IMG/VR virus record: IMGVR_UViG_3300024054_000269
Span: 118,303-182,302 of that record
DNA length: 64,000 nucleotides
DNA from: a virus
Reading direction: 5' to 3' (one strand)
The stretch's first letter is position 1. The number at the start of each line of letters is the position of its first letter. Of the stretch, positions 18,850 to 28,427 are shown one piece after another. The notes beneath the pieces are model-generated. The model did no database searches. It was given only the letters and a program-made list of their open reading frames with translations, and was not told the DNA's origin. A program made the translations under genes and the position numbers.

Positions 18850-19300
18850 TTTGTTTTTCCTCGCTTTGTCTTTCCTCGTTGAATTTTGAACGGACTTCCA
18901 TCAAAATCTTACCAAGCATGTTTTTCCCGCTTCCATCGCCACCATCACCCCAATAAGAATCATTTGAAGTATGTTCTACCAACGTTTCTTCACCAGTCTC
19001 AAGCAATTGCTGTTTCAAACTTTCATTTTGAGCAAACTTTTCATACACGATTTTCTTCATAATTTCATTTCGAATACGATCCCAACCAATTTGTGGTTTA
19101 AATTTCCAGGCCAATTTTTTTGCTTCGCCCGGAGTTTTAGTGTTTCTAATTAATTCTTCTTTATCTGTGCCATCGAACTTTTTTGCCTGAAACGCATGTT
19201 CTGAAGTCAGGTAAATTTTGCCATCAAATTCAAATTTGGCCGGGTAGAAATTTGACAAGAATCCGTATTCTGACCGAGTTCCATAAAATTTAATGGCCAT
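18842..19300 (-). CDS. NADAR family protein (YbiA-like)
   Basis: FLSNFY, TSEHAFQAKKF, EKFAQN, LVEHTSNDSYWG, GKNMLGKILMEVR. Confidence 0.93.
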   Translation of the reverse strand: MAIKFYGTRSEYGFLSNFYPAKFEFDGKIYLTSEHAFQAKKFDGTDKEELIRNTKTPGEAKKLAWKFKPQIGWDRIRNEIMKKIVYEKFAQNESLKQQLLETGEETLVEHTSNDSYWGDGGDGSGKNMLGKILMEVRSKFNEERQSEEKQNA

Positions 19301-19318
19301 TTGTTTACTAGTGCAAAT

Positions 19319-19525
19319 TTACATCTCCCAAGAAAGTCCGGATATGATCTCATCACAATCCGGGGTATTTTTTAAAGCATCGATATTAGACATAGAACCA
19401 AATTCATCCTTTGGTATGTATTCACCAGGTTTTAATTCAACATTGTCTACAGTAAATTGACAATACGCACAAATTGCTAAGTATTTATTGTCATTATACC
19501 GTTTGAATCTCCACGCATGAGACAT
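19319..19525 (-). CDS. HxW/CxxC zinc-ribbon protein
   Basis: MSHAW...CAYC...CDEII; start inferred by analogy with paralogs. Confidence 0.55.
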   Translation of the reverse strand: MSHAWRFKRYNDNKYLAICAYCQFTVDNVELKPGEYIPKDEFGSMSNIDALKNTPDCDEIISGLSWEM

Positions 19526-19544
19526 ATTAAACACCAAATATGAA

Positions 19545-19567
19545 TGCGGGACCTTACCGGTCCCGCA
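19545..19567 (-). terminator. GC-rich hairpin, possible intrinsic terminator or RNA structure
   Basis: TGCGGGACC-5 nt loop-GGTCCCGCA perfect 9-bp stem; weak U-tract on the minus strand. Confidence 0.45.
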
Positions 19568-19798
19568 GCTTCTACTTACCACATTTTCACTCAATAATAT
19601 TTTACCATCCAACTTCAGAAACGGCTAGTTGTGGCATCGACCGTTCACGAAGCAGGACTACTTTCCTATCATCCAGATCTTATCTTTTTGTCCATTTTAT
19701 CCATTTTATCCCTGATCTTTCACTATATACCTAGTTGATGGTTAATTTCAGGATCTCCCATCACTCACGGCCATCGGCCGAATCATAATGATGTTTAT

Positions 19799-20125
19799 TT
19801 ACGACATCATCACATCATATGCCTCCTTATGTTCTATTTTCTTCATCATTACTATGGCAGTCCTTCTCATTGAAGGTGATTTTTTTGACGAAAATCCAGC
19901 CTTGAATTTAAACACACCATCATCTGATCTGCAACTTACGCCAGATCCACCTTGATTTTCAAGTATACTGAGTATGTAAGTAGTTGATCCGTGCATGAAT
20001 TTTACAATAAAATTTTGTTTATTGAAAGACATCTTCGATTCTTCAGATAAAATCGTTATGCTAAAGCGCGGCCTTTTCAAAACCGAAACAAATACGTCGT
20101 AAGTTTGTTTCGTCCACGCATCCAC
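19799..20125 (-). CDS. Hypothetical protein, near-match C-terminal tag
   Basis: Ends EAYDVMMS*; TG TAAAAT ATCGT GTG. Confidence 0.6.
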   Translation of the reverse strand: MDAWTKQTYDVFVSVLKRPRFSITILSEESKMSFNKQNFIVKFMHGSTTYILSILENQGGSGVSCRSDDGVFKFKAGFSSKKSPSMRRTAIVMMKKIEHKEAYDVMMS

Positions 20126-20195
20126 ACGATATTTTACAATAGTTTAATTGGATTTACGCCATGGTGTGAAAATCATAATAACAATTAACATCTGA

Positions 20196-20396
20196 ACAAA
20201 TTACTCTAGCACCAGCTGGTGTTGGGGATGGCATAGGTCATTTGTGAAATCAAATGGGGTAGCCAGGCCGGCTTTGTATGTTGATTCAGAAAATAGAGAT
20301 GATAGTGTTGGGGGGGGGCTATCACCAGCTCCAATCCAAACTCTTGCTGAATTAGAAAGTAGGTTTGGTGTAGGAACACCAAAGTTAACGTTTTAA
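20196..20396 (+). pseudogene. Gene-like remnant or small ORF
   Basis: 66-codon open frame (LYVDSENRDDSVGGGLSPAPIQTLAELESRFG) bounded upstream by TGA; only a GTG at 20244 as start; contains a G9 run. Confidence 0.3.
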
Positions 20397-20579
20397 ACGT
20401 CTACGGACTTAAACACCAAAGACCAGAGCGAACACCATTAATATTCATAATTAATCGTCCAACAATACTTTTTGAGTTCGCTGTGCTTCATTTTGTTTTT
20501 CTTTGAAACACCATTTACTTTCCACGGTTTGCACATAAGGCACCCAGAACGTCTGTTTTTTGGACGGCGACGTTTATGA

Positions 20580-21095
20580 TTAGACATGTTGTACGCAGTA
20601 TCCTTTCCATTCTTCTGGAATGCTGTCAATAAGGAAATATGGCTCAGCTATCGGAAGTGACTTCGGTTTAACTGGCCAATTTATAGGAAACATCCCAGAT
20701 TGGTCAGGGTTCATGTTGGCTTTCAATCTGTTGCATGGATAGCAAGCTGCAACTATGTTTTCCCAATTTCTCTTGCCACCATTAGATTTTGGGATAACAT
20801 GATCCAAAGTTAGATGTTTTGAATGGAATTTAACACCACAGTATTGACAGGTGTATTTGTCCCTAGCATATACGCCTTCTCTGCTAAATTTAACACTACG
20901 TCTGTTATAACGCATTTCTTTACGCATTCTAATAACCGCTGGCATTTTCCATACAATTGACGGAGATCTAACTTCTTCTTTATACTCAGCAATTGTATCG
21001 ACCTTTCCGAGGTACTTGAGCCTTATAGCAGCTTCCCACGGAATGATTCTGGTCGGTAAATACCAGCTATTCAAAAGCAAAGTTCTAGTGTGCAT
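20580..21095 (-). CDS. HNH endonuclease
   Basis: RDKYTCQYCG, LTLDHVIPKSNGG, WENIVAACYPCN..K. Confidence 0.9.
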   Translation of the reverse strand: MHTRTLLLNSWYLPTRIIPWEAAIRLKYLGKVDTIAEYKEEVRSPSIVWKMPAVIRMRKEMRYNRRSVKFSREGVYARDKYTCQYCGVKFHSKHLTLDHVIPKSNGGKRNWENIVAACYPCNRLKANMNPDQSGMFPINWPVKPKSLPIAEPYFLIDSIPEEWKGYCVQHV

Positions 21096-21135
21096 GCTAA
21101 CCTATTTGTATTCTTTATTGTTCACGATTTACTCC

Positions 21136-21522
21136 TCACGCGAAAAATGTATCATATATTGACGCCCAATTCTCTAACAATTCTTTGTCTGCGCCAGAAA
21201 TTTCTCGCGCAAATGTTCTCATTAAGTCTGAGCTGCCATGTTTTATCACAATTTCTGTCAATTTCTTAACATTTGCGCCTGGAACATTTTTAGCAAAATG
21301 ATATGCACATTCAGCACTGCCGCTTTTCAAAACCAAAGTTTGAAGTTTTTTAATGTTTATGTCACGACTACGCCATTTGGTTGCAAATACAGCGGCAGCC
21401 CACCCCAATTCCCTGAAACCAGGATTTGTAACCCAGCTATCTGGCCCCGGCCCGCCGTTTAATATCTGGCGATACCAATTCCAAGTTCTTCTGGTTAATT
21501 TAGGTTTTTTCTTTTTCGACAT
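21136..21522 (-). CDS. Hypothetical helical-repeat protein
   Basis: FAKNVPGANVKKL / FAREISGADKELL repeats. Confidence 0.6.
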   Translation of the reverse strand: MSKKKKPKLTRRTWNWYRQILNGGPGPDSWVTNPGFRELGWAAAVFATKWRSRDINIKKLQTLVLKSGSAECAYHFAKNVPGANVKKLTEIVIKHGSSDLMRTFAREISGADKELLENWASIYDTFFA

Positions 21523-21536
21523 TGGGCGCCTCTTCA

Positions 21537-21618
21537 GTTGAGGCCCCCGATGTGTGATGAGCCTAGTCAGCTATCCAGTATCACACGCGGGGGCAAGACT
21601 TGTGGTTTGCCACTCAAC
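21537..21618 (-). ncRNA. Candidate structured 5' leader or ncRNA (three-way junction)
   Basis: Stems GCCCCCG/CGGGGGC, GTGTGAT/ATCACAC, GTGG-CAAA-CCAC and TTGAG/CTCAA; TG TAAAAT promoter at 21668-21661 with no start codon after it. Confidence 0.5.
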
Positions 21619-21684
21619 GCGTGTATTCATGCTGAACATTGGTTCTCATCTCCTAACAAAATTTTACACCAACAATTAGTCTAT

Positions 21685-22020
21685 TTACAAGGCTTTATTC
21701 CCGTGACGCCATGGTCGGTTTCTGTTGAATTCCATTTTCTCGGCTAGTGCTGATCCTAAATCTATATTATAAACACCGCACATGTCGAATATTCTAATTA
21801 AAACATCGGCTAATTCACTAGCAACCCCTTCTGGTTTACCATCTTCACGTTTCCAATTTTTGTTAACATCATTAGTGTCACGAAAAGCTTCCAACGCTTC
21901 AGATAATTCAGAATGAACTAATGCTATTCTGTCACCAAATGTTGAATTAAGGTCGTGCCACCCTTTAGAATGTGCGGTTTCAAATGATTCTTTTATTAGT
22001 TGTTCTATAGTCAAACTCAT
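21685..22020 (-). CDS. MazG-like NTP pyrophosphohydrolase
   Basis: IALVHSELSEALEAFR, KPEGVASELADVLIRIFD, EKMEFNRNRP. Confidence 0.85.
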   Translation of the reverse strand: MSLTIEQLIKESFETAHSKGWHDLNSTFGDRIALVHSELSEALEAFRDTNDVNKNWKREDGKPEGVASELADVLIRIFDMCGVYNIDLGSALAEKMEFNRNRPWRHGNKAL

Positions 22021-22376
22021 TTCTTTTCTCCATTTGTGAATTTCCTTATCAGATCATTCACGCTGGTCTCATTGACAGGTTTAATAATCCAGCGTCCAAA
22101 CATCATTGAAAGAAATACTTGATTTTCTCTCGATGTTGAACCTTTTGATATAAATAGAACATTTTTTTCATACGTTGGAAATTTTTTCTTAATTTCAAAA
22201 TACAACCTTTGATTTGTGTCTATGTCGATTATGACAGCGCCATATTTATGTTTTTTAACTAATGGTAGCGCTTCATTTAAATTTCTAGCCGTATCAATTT
22301 TACTATATTTCTTTTTCAGAATTGTTATCAACACGTCTCTAGCGCTTGAGTCACTATCAACAATTAAAATATCCAT
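22017..22376 (-). CDS. Stand-alone response-regulator receiver domain
   Basis: ILIVDSD, VIIDID (phosphoacceptor Asp), FIS, IIKP. Confidence 0.8.
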   Translation of the reverse strand: MDILIVDSDSSARDVLITILKKKYSKIDTARNLNEALPLVKKHKYGAVIIDIDTNQRLYFEIKKKFPTYEKNVLFISKGSTSRENQVFLSMMFGRWIIKPVNETSVNDLIRKFTNGEKK

Positions 22377-23365
22377 TATTCAATTTCCCAAGGTGGTGGT
22401 CCATCCCAACCTAAACCGACTTCCCAAATCTCGTTTACTGGTTCATAATTGCTAACAGAAGTGATTTTATTATTTTTACCATCAGCCCATTTTTGGGTGA
22501 AAATTGACGTTACGATTAGCCCATCTGAGCCTGATTGAATTTTCTTTTTATATTTACCGAGAAATTTGCCGGTCTTTCTATAAGTTTTTACATACAAACC
22601 ATTAGTTGACATTCCAAACATGTATGAAACAGTTGGATGATTGCCAGACCCAAAAACTGATATTTTTAGAATTGCTTCTTCATCATCAGACAAATATGAC
22701 TTAATGGTGACAGGAAAATCATATTGATTTTTTATTTTTAGATCAACTGCTTGGCAATTTTTATCTTCATGCCCATTACATTCTTTTGGAAAATTAACTG
22801 TGGCATCAAGGCCCTTTTCTATATATTTAGATGGCCTTGAATGCGATCTTCTCTCAACTATTTCAAGACCAGCAAATCTTGATACAGCGTATAAAGTTGA
22901 TGAAACCTGACAAACACCTCCACCAATTCCAGACGTCATTTCACCAAGGAAAATTAATGGGGCTTCCAGGTAGCCGTTTTCTGTCGTTCTTGGTCCAACA
23001 TATTTATTGAAACTAAATATTTCATTGGGTTTTATAGTAATGTCTATATTTGTTCTCTTAACATTCAAGTATCTGTTTTTTTCTTTCCCAAAACTTTTAA
23101 GCTTAGTTGAGTAAGTCGAAATAACCTTGTCTTGGTCTTCTCTTGGTTTCTCTTGCCTTTTTTGTTCGGTTTTACCACCTGAATCACCTATTGATGAAGA
23201 AATTGAAGGAGAGTCAAAAGAGATGGCTTTATCATGTGTCGTACATGATACTACATATACAACAATAGGTAACCCTTGAGGAATCATGTTTAAGAATTTA
23301 GTCATAGAAATTACCGCGAATGGTACACTACGTGTGTTAGTTGATGGGTTGTATATTGGATTCAT
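22376..23365 (-). CDS. VanW-family protein
   Basis: IKPNEIFSFN, GIGGGVCQVSSTLY, GLEIVERRSHS, GLDATV, DLKIKN; exact start uncertain. Confidence 0.85.
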   Translation of the reverse strand: MNPIYNPSTNTRSVPFAVISMTKFLNMIPQGLPIVVYVVSCTTHDKAISFDSPSISSSIGDSGGKTEQKRQEKPREDQDKVISTYSTKLKSFGKEKNRYLNVKRTNIDITIKPNEIFSFNKYVGPRTTENGYLEAPLIFLGEMTSGIGGGVCQVSSTLYAVSRFAGLEIVERRSHSRPSKYIEKGLDATVNFPKECNGHEDKNCQAVDLKIKNQYDFPVTIKSYLSDDEEAILKISVFGSGNHPTVSYMFGMSTNGLYVKTYRKTGKFLGKYKKKIQSGSDGLIVTSIFTQKWADGKNNKITSVSNYEPVNEIWEVGLGWDGPPPWEIE

Positions 23366-23588
23366 AGATGAATTGAAATTAACATCATCAAATGATAAGA
23401 AACCATCAATCGAAATATCAATGGTGAGCCAAAATAAACTTCCAAATGAATCGCTTCATGTATTGCACAAAAATCGAGAAATTTTGCAGTCATGTGAATT
23501 TATAAAATTGTTTGATCAAGCTGATACGTTACCGCAAGGCATGCAAACAGTTAATGATTGAAGTTGTTATTAATCGTCTGAGTTGATA

Positions 23589-23972
23589 ATGGATTTTAAC
23601 ATATATCATAATATCGCGAATAGAATTGCAGGCGGCCCCAACTTTGTAGCCACTGGAAAAGCCATATCAAGCAATTCTTCCACAAACATGGCAAGAGTAA
23701 GTGATGGATACATGAGTACAGCTCTTAAAGAGGGTGAAGATCCGAGTTGGCCAAGAGTTAAAACACTATATATGTCTAAATTAAAGCCGCTGTTCAGACA
23801 TCTTGAAGAATCAATACGAAACGAAAGTATGATTGAAACTCAAGCAACTATAAAGGGAATTGTTGAGAATTTTGCTTTAATGTTTAAATCAATGGATAAA
23901 CCAACAATTAAAAGAAAAACTGAAATGTTTGTAGATCGTATACTTTCAGAGAAAAACATTAACCTTCGATGA
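23589..23972 (+). CDS. Hypothetical protein, N-terminal IAxRIA family
   Basis: MDFNIYHNIANRIAGG. Confidence 0.6.
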   Translation: MDFNIYHNIANRIAGGPNFVATGKAISSNSSTNMARVSDGYMSTALKEGEDPSWPRVKTLYMSKLKPLFRHLEESIRNESMIETQATIKGIVENFALMFKSMDKPTIKRKTEMFVDRILSEKNINLR

Positions 23973-24216
23973 TGTCTTTTACTAAATTATTTTCACAGGT
24001 ATCACCCACCATAAAATAATCATCACCAGAACCAGGCGATCTTCCACCAACAAGACCTAGCGCTACAACGCTACAACGCTTACATATCCAAACTTCGCTT
24101 TTTCTCTTTCTATTGTCAAGTAAATCATCAAATATTGTTTGTTGTTTTTCCCAGTCATGTGATTTAGCAACTTCACTATTTACGTTTTCCATTCTTGTTG
24201 TGTCATTGTTTGACAT
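23959..24216 (-). CDS. HxW/CxxC protein with C-terminal tag
   Basis: HDW..CKRC..CENNLVKDIIEG*; TAATG overlap sets the start. Confidence 0.6.
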   Translation of the reverse strand: MSNNDTTRMENVNSEVAKSHDWEKQQTIFDDLLDNRKRKSEVWICKRCSVVALGLVGGRSPGSGDDYFMVGDTCENNLVKDIIEG

Positions 24217-24509
24217 TAGAAAATCTTGTGCGCTAACCAAGTTGACGCACCAACTATAAAAAACCAACTTACAGCCAAATCAATAAAATAAAACCTAGAA
24301 TTTATCAAAATTGGTTTGTAAATAAGTACAAATGGTATCGCAACCCAAAAACTTGTACAATATGGGCATCTAATTAATTCATTGAGAAATTGGCTCTTAC
24401 TGCCTATTTTTAACCTAACTTTTTCAAAAATTACAGCACTTGAGGTTGTCATGGATATAACAGCTACAACCATTGATAACACACCGGTTAGTATCCATTG
24501 ATTAATCAT
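24216..24509 (-). CDS. DUF1360-like membrane protein
   Basis: ELIRCPYCTSFWVA within hydrophobic helices. Confidence 0.55.
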   Translation of the reverse strand: MINQWILTGVLSMVVAVISMTTSSAVIFEKVRLKIGSKSQFLNELIRCPYCTSFWVAIPFVLIYKPILINSRFYFIDLAVSWFFIVGASTWLAHKIF

Positions 24510-24552
24510 GTCAAATTATACTAAACAAAAATATTCTAATGTATAGTTATAC

Positions 24553-24843
24553 GTGTCAAAAATATTATGTTGGTTATTTGGCCACAAAGATATTCCAAAA
24601 GATTTTCTAAGGGCCAAAAATAAAGAATATGAAAGTCAAAAGCCAGCGTATAGTCATTCAGTAAAAATTGGCGATATCGTTATTAATTGCAGCACATTAA
24701 CAGTGTCCTTTTTTGAATCACACGTCATTAAAATCAAACCTTGTCTAAGATGTGGTGTTTATATAGAATTAAAAAAACTAACAGAGGCTGAGATTAACGA
24801 AGCAATTAATAACATGAAAACAGAAGATCTTCTAAATGGTTAA
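24553..24843 (+). CDS. Hypothetical protein with C-terminal tag
   Basis: CWLFGH...CLRCG; ends KTEDLLNG*. Confidence 0.6.
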   Translation: MSKILCWLFGHKDIPKDFLRAKNKEYESQKPAYSHSVKIGDIVINCSTLTVSFFESHVIKIKPCLRCGVYIELKKLTEAEINEAINNMKTEDLLNG

Positions 24844-25157
24844 CATTCAACCACTTGGAATGTTTTGTACATGTTCTTGTCAATTTCTTTAATTTCAATA
24901 AGGTATAACTTTTTTGATAACATTTCTTCGGCATGAAAATCACAAAACTTAAAAACTGTTGGTTCTTTATTGATTAGTGTGTACAAATAATATTTGGTCG
25001 CAATCGCTTTGCACCCCCATAGCGAAGATGAATCATAATCACACATCTCATGTTTATTTTTTACTATCCATTCATTAAGTTTCTCCATTTGTTCTCGAAT
25101 AATATTGTTTTTTGCAATTGCAATTTTCTGAATTGTTTTTAATTGATGTTTGTTCAT
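24840..25157 (-). CDS. Hypothetical protein, near-match C-terminal tag
   Basis: Ends KTFQVVEC*. Confidence 0.55.
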   Translation of the reverse strand: MNKHQLKTIQKIAIAKNNIIREQMEKLNEWIVKNKHEMCDYDSSSLWGCKAIATKYYLYTLINKEPTVFKFCDFHAEEMLSKKLYLIEIKEIDKNMYKTFQVVEC

Positions 25158-25606
25158 CTAACTCTACCCATAGCTGCTGTTGCCGAATAAGCAGCATTAG
25201 TTGCTAAGAATTGATCAGTCCAATCCCACTCATCTAAAATGAGATTTCTGAATTGTTTTGGTGTTAATTTAACAGTCGAACTTTGGTCCATATTTAATAA
25301 TTTGATTGCTATTCTGTATATGTCAGAATAATCCTGTGGTGCTGATAAATTGAATTGCAAACTAACAAGTTTTCCGTTCTTAATCTTTTCCAGTCTATCT
25401 TCTAATGCTTTACGGGCTTTTTCAACATATCCAGATCTAGCTTCAACAACTATCTTCTGATGTCTGGTTAAATTTTCTTCAAGTTTGGATAATACTTCTT
25501 TCTTGTCAGCTATAATGTCCATTCCGTTAAGTTCATGCATTTGCATTTGACGAAACATTTCCACATCCAGACCCGGGGCTACTTCTTCAACCAATACGTC
25601 TTCCAT
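25154..25606 (-). CDS. Hypothetical phage protein
   Basis: 150 aa with SD. Confidence 0.65.
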   Translation of the reverse strand: MEDVLVEEVAPGLDVEMFRQMQMHELNGMDIIADKKEVLSKLEENLTRHQKIVVEARSGYVEKARKALEDRLEKIKNGKLVSLQFNLSAPQDYSDIYRIAIKLLNMDQSSTVKLTPKQFRNLILDEWDWTDQFLATNAAYSATAAMGRVR

Positions 25607-25666
25607 ATTTCCTCATTTCAGTTGTTTGTTTAATAATACATTTTTCATTACAATGCTATTTTAGAC

Positions 25667-26290
25667 ATGACTACCGGAATAGTTAGAGTTACTCATTCTG
25701 GGTTCTACCAAGATGGCAGGCCAAACACAGCCTCAATCTTATTAGATGACGTAACTGAAACTGGCCAAGATAACCAAAATAGGAAAAACCCTGTTTATGT
25801 ACCATTCGGTGGCTCAATAGATTTAGAGCCAACTTCACAAGTTTTGTTTTCTAAAAAACAAGGATCAATATCAAAATTAGCTACTGCGAATTTAGTAACT
25901 GTTAGAGAAATAGAAGATAGATTTTTTTCGGCGCTCGGTACAACAGTTGATCCAACTACATCTAGCGCAACGTTTTCAGCTGTTCCTGAAATGTCAATAA
26001 CATTCAGTTCTCAGGGAACCAACTCAAGAATTCTATTTCAATCTGAAATGACATCAACATTAAGTATACCAACCGCTGAATTCAGATTTATGGATGGAGC
26101 ATCTCCGATAGCTGGCGGAATTTGGCGTGACACAGTTACTGGTGCGGCAGTAACTCTTGTGTCATTTGAAATTGTTACTCAATTGTCAGCCGGATCGCAC
26201 ACAATATCAGTTGAATTTAGACGTGATTCCGGAACTTCACCTGTCATATTGGCGGGTGTCAGAAGATCTCTCTTAATTGAGGATATGTGA
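25667..26290 (+). CDS. Putative virion structural (tail/head-associated) protein
   Basis: Beta-rich, S/T/G-rich; C-terminal GSHTISVEFR...RRSLLIED typical of tail-fibre tips. Confidence 0.4.
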   Translation: MTTGIVRVTHSGFYQDGRPNTASILLDDVTETGQDNQNRKNPVYVPFGGSIDLEPTSQVLFSKKQGSISKLATANLVTVREIEDRFFSALGTTVDPTTSSATFSAVPEMSITFSSQGTNSRILFQSEMTSTLSIPTAEFRFMDGASPIAGGIWRDTVTGAAVTLVSFEIVTQLSAGSHTISVEFRRDSGTSPVILAGVRRSLLIEDM

Positions 26291-26655
26291 TGCAAACATT
26301 TGAGTATAAACTGCCAAATTGCCCAATTACAGAATTTGAACTAGAACTTGGATTGAGTACTGAATTATTAAGTCTCTACATTGGTTCAGCATGGTCAATT
26401 GATGGTCCAATTGTTACTCATTGGAAGTCACAATTAAGTGAAGAACAAATACAAAATTTAGTAAACATGGCAGAAAAATTGGCTGGTGAATTATACCCTA
26501 AAAAGTTACAAAAATGTAGAGAAATAGATGAAAGAACCAATCAATTAATTAAAAAAGGTGACAGGTCTGCACCAGATTCTGGTGCAGAGATAAAGAAAAA
26601 AGTCATAGCAGCAAAATCAATTGAAGAACTTGATTCCATTATTGATGAAAGATGA
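26287..26655 (+). CDS. Putative tail-fibre accessory protein
   Basis: Coupled to 25667; ends AAKSIEELDSI, a pattern seen in fibre-assembly-type proteins. Confidence 0.3.
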   Translation: MMQTFEYKLPNCPITEFELELGLSTELLSLYIGSAWSIDGPIVTHWKSQLSEEQIQNLVNMAEKLAGELYPKKLQKCREIDERTNQLIKKGDRSAPDSGAEIKKKVIAAKSIEELDSIIDER

Positions 26656-26955
26656 ACTAATGGATCATTTGCAAAATGACTTATGATCCAACTCCTAAAT
26701 TTGTTAAATATTAGATTCCTTGAAGGAATTCTTTTCTAGTCAACCCAACTAAATTTCTTGAACCAATTCTGGCTGACTCCTGCCCAGAAGCAACATGGTC
26801 AATGCAATAACATGTATAACCAATCACACCGCCTTTAGAATTTTCGCATTTAAAATAATGTGTTGATTCTTGTACACATTTGAAACCACGACATTTTGTG
26901 GCTGCACTTTTGGCTAATATGATTTCACCCATATTATAATAGTCACACCAAAGGT

Positions 26956-27351
26956 TTAACCGTCGATCAAAATCTCAGTTAACTTCAAATCAAATGCGGT
27001 TTTTATCCTCTCAACTATTTCATCTTCTGTTCCAACAAATAAAAACACTTTCTTGTCATATCTATGATACCAAACTTCTCTTCCGTAAAGAGATTTATGA
27101 AAATTCATACCACGTGTAAATGCAACATATTGACTAGTTTTATCTTTAACATTTTTCTCTGCATAAGTTGGAGAATCAGATACAACTTCATCAGCGATAA
27201 CTATTAATTGGTTTAGGATTTTTGAATATGGTTTGGCATCTGATTTATAGTTATAATTTTTATTTAGCGTTAATTCATCATTAAGCTCATCTCGAATCAA
27301 AACAGATAATTGTCTAAACAATTTGTCTATTTTGTCGGATTGTTTGATCAT
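26956..27351 (-). CDS. Hypothetical protein with C-terminal tag
   Basis: Ends LTEILIDG*. Confidence 0.6.
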   Translation of the reverse strand: MIKQSDKIDKLFRQLSVLIRDELNDELTLNKNYNYKSDAKPYSKILNQLIVIADEVVSDSPTYAEKNVKDKTSQYVAFTRGMNFHKSLYGREVWYHRYDKKVFLFVGTEDEIVERIKTAFDLKLTEILIDG

Positions 27352-27647
27352 CAGCCTTCAATCACACATCTGGTTTTGACTTCATCACACGTTTCGAGCG
27401 GGGCTGATGACGGCGTTCTAATATTTCTTCTGCCGATTACCAAATCCTGCATTTCGTATTTGCATTTTATACAAACGTATTTCATATGAAACGAATTCTT
27501 TTCTGGTATTCTGTGCCAAATTGTAGCAAACATATGACCACCGGTTTCGGAGTATGATTTCAACGGTTCTGGGTATTTACCAATCAAATTCATACTCCAA
27601 AGAGAAGTGTCGAAGTTTACTAATTCTTCACTAAAGAATGAGTTCAT
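27351..27647 (-). CDS. CxxC protein with C-terminal tag
   Basis: CIKC..CDEVKTRCVIEG*. Confidence 0.6.
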   Translation of the reverse strand: MNSFFSEELVNFDTSLWSMNLIGKYPEPLKSYSETGGHMFATIWHRIPEKNSFHMKYVCIKCKYEMQDLVIGRRNIRTPSSAPLETCDEVKTRCVIEG

Positions 27648-27967
27648 GAATCAATCACTTCTTTTGTACGCTGCTCTAGAACATGTTCTACACAGGCGGT
27701 GATGTTAATGTCGTTGCCTGATGTCACATTATCGTGTATTGCCTTACATAAATCAATTAATATTAAATTTATAAATGCTTGCATATTAATTGATTTTGAT
27801 ATGCGACCAACTCCATCACAAACTTCACATTTAATATACAAATACATTACATTTTGATATGAATTCCTTATTTGACATTTTCCGCTCCCACCGCAATTCG
27901 GGCAACGTTCAGAAATCAAAAATTCAGTATCGCTCGAAACATACTCTCTGTCGCTGTAAATTTTCAT
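27644..27967 (-). CDS. DnaJ-type zinc-finger protein with C-terminal tag
   Basis: CPNCGGSG, CEVCDGVG; ends RTKEVIDS*. Confidence 0.65.
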   Translation of the reverse strand: MKIYSDREYVSSDTEFLISERCPNCGGSGKCQIRNSYQNVMYLYIKCEVCDGVGRISKSINMQAFINLILIDLCKAIHDNVTSGNDINITACVEHVLEQRTKEVIDS

Positions 27968-28374
27968 CAGTCTGAATTTACATACGTAAGAATTCCGATT
28001 TTACCTTTCGGTAACAAATTGTTGTAAGAATGAATAATTTTAACCGGCACCCAGGCTTCATATAGATCTGTATTATGATCTTCTAATAAGTCTAATGTTG
28101 CCAAATAATCGTTATCTAAAGGTTCAAAATACATAGGTAAATCCTGTGATGAAGTTAAAAATTTTTCAACTAGATCACGATTGTATGGTTCTGCACGATC
28201 AATTAGAACGTCATGTTCCGGATGCCAAAAAATTGGCAAAGGAACGTAATATCCTTCTGCCTTTGGGTGGCAACAACATGTGCCACCAACTTGGTTTGAA
28301 TACCAAACCCCAGTTTTTGCTAAAACAATAATCCCATACAAATTTTCTAATGACCACAATTCAATTATGTTCAT
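27967..28374 (-). CDS. Hypothetical protein
   Basis: YSNQVGG..C.HP..EGYYVPL; TG TAATTT TTGTAT ATG sets the start. Confidence 0.6.
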   Translation of the reverse strand: MNIIELWSLENLYGIIVLAKTGVWYSNQVGGTCCCHPKAEGYYVPLPIFWHPEHDVLIDRAEPYNRDLVEKFLTSSQDLPMYFEPLDNDYLATLDLLEDHNTDLYEAWVPVKIIHSYNNLLPKGKIGILTYVNSD

Positions 28375-28427
28375 ATACAAAAATTACACCCATTAAAGTA
28401 TGTTTTGGATGTGAAAGAACAATCAGC

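Noticed and set aside
21505-21615. Hammerhead (CTGAAGA...GAAA) or c-di-GMP-I (GGCAAACC) riboswitch
   Set aside because: No NUH cleavage triplet or stem III partner; GGCAAACC is not followed by the GNRA P2 hairpin.
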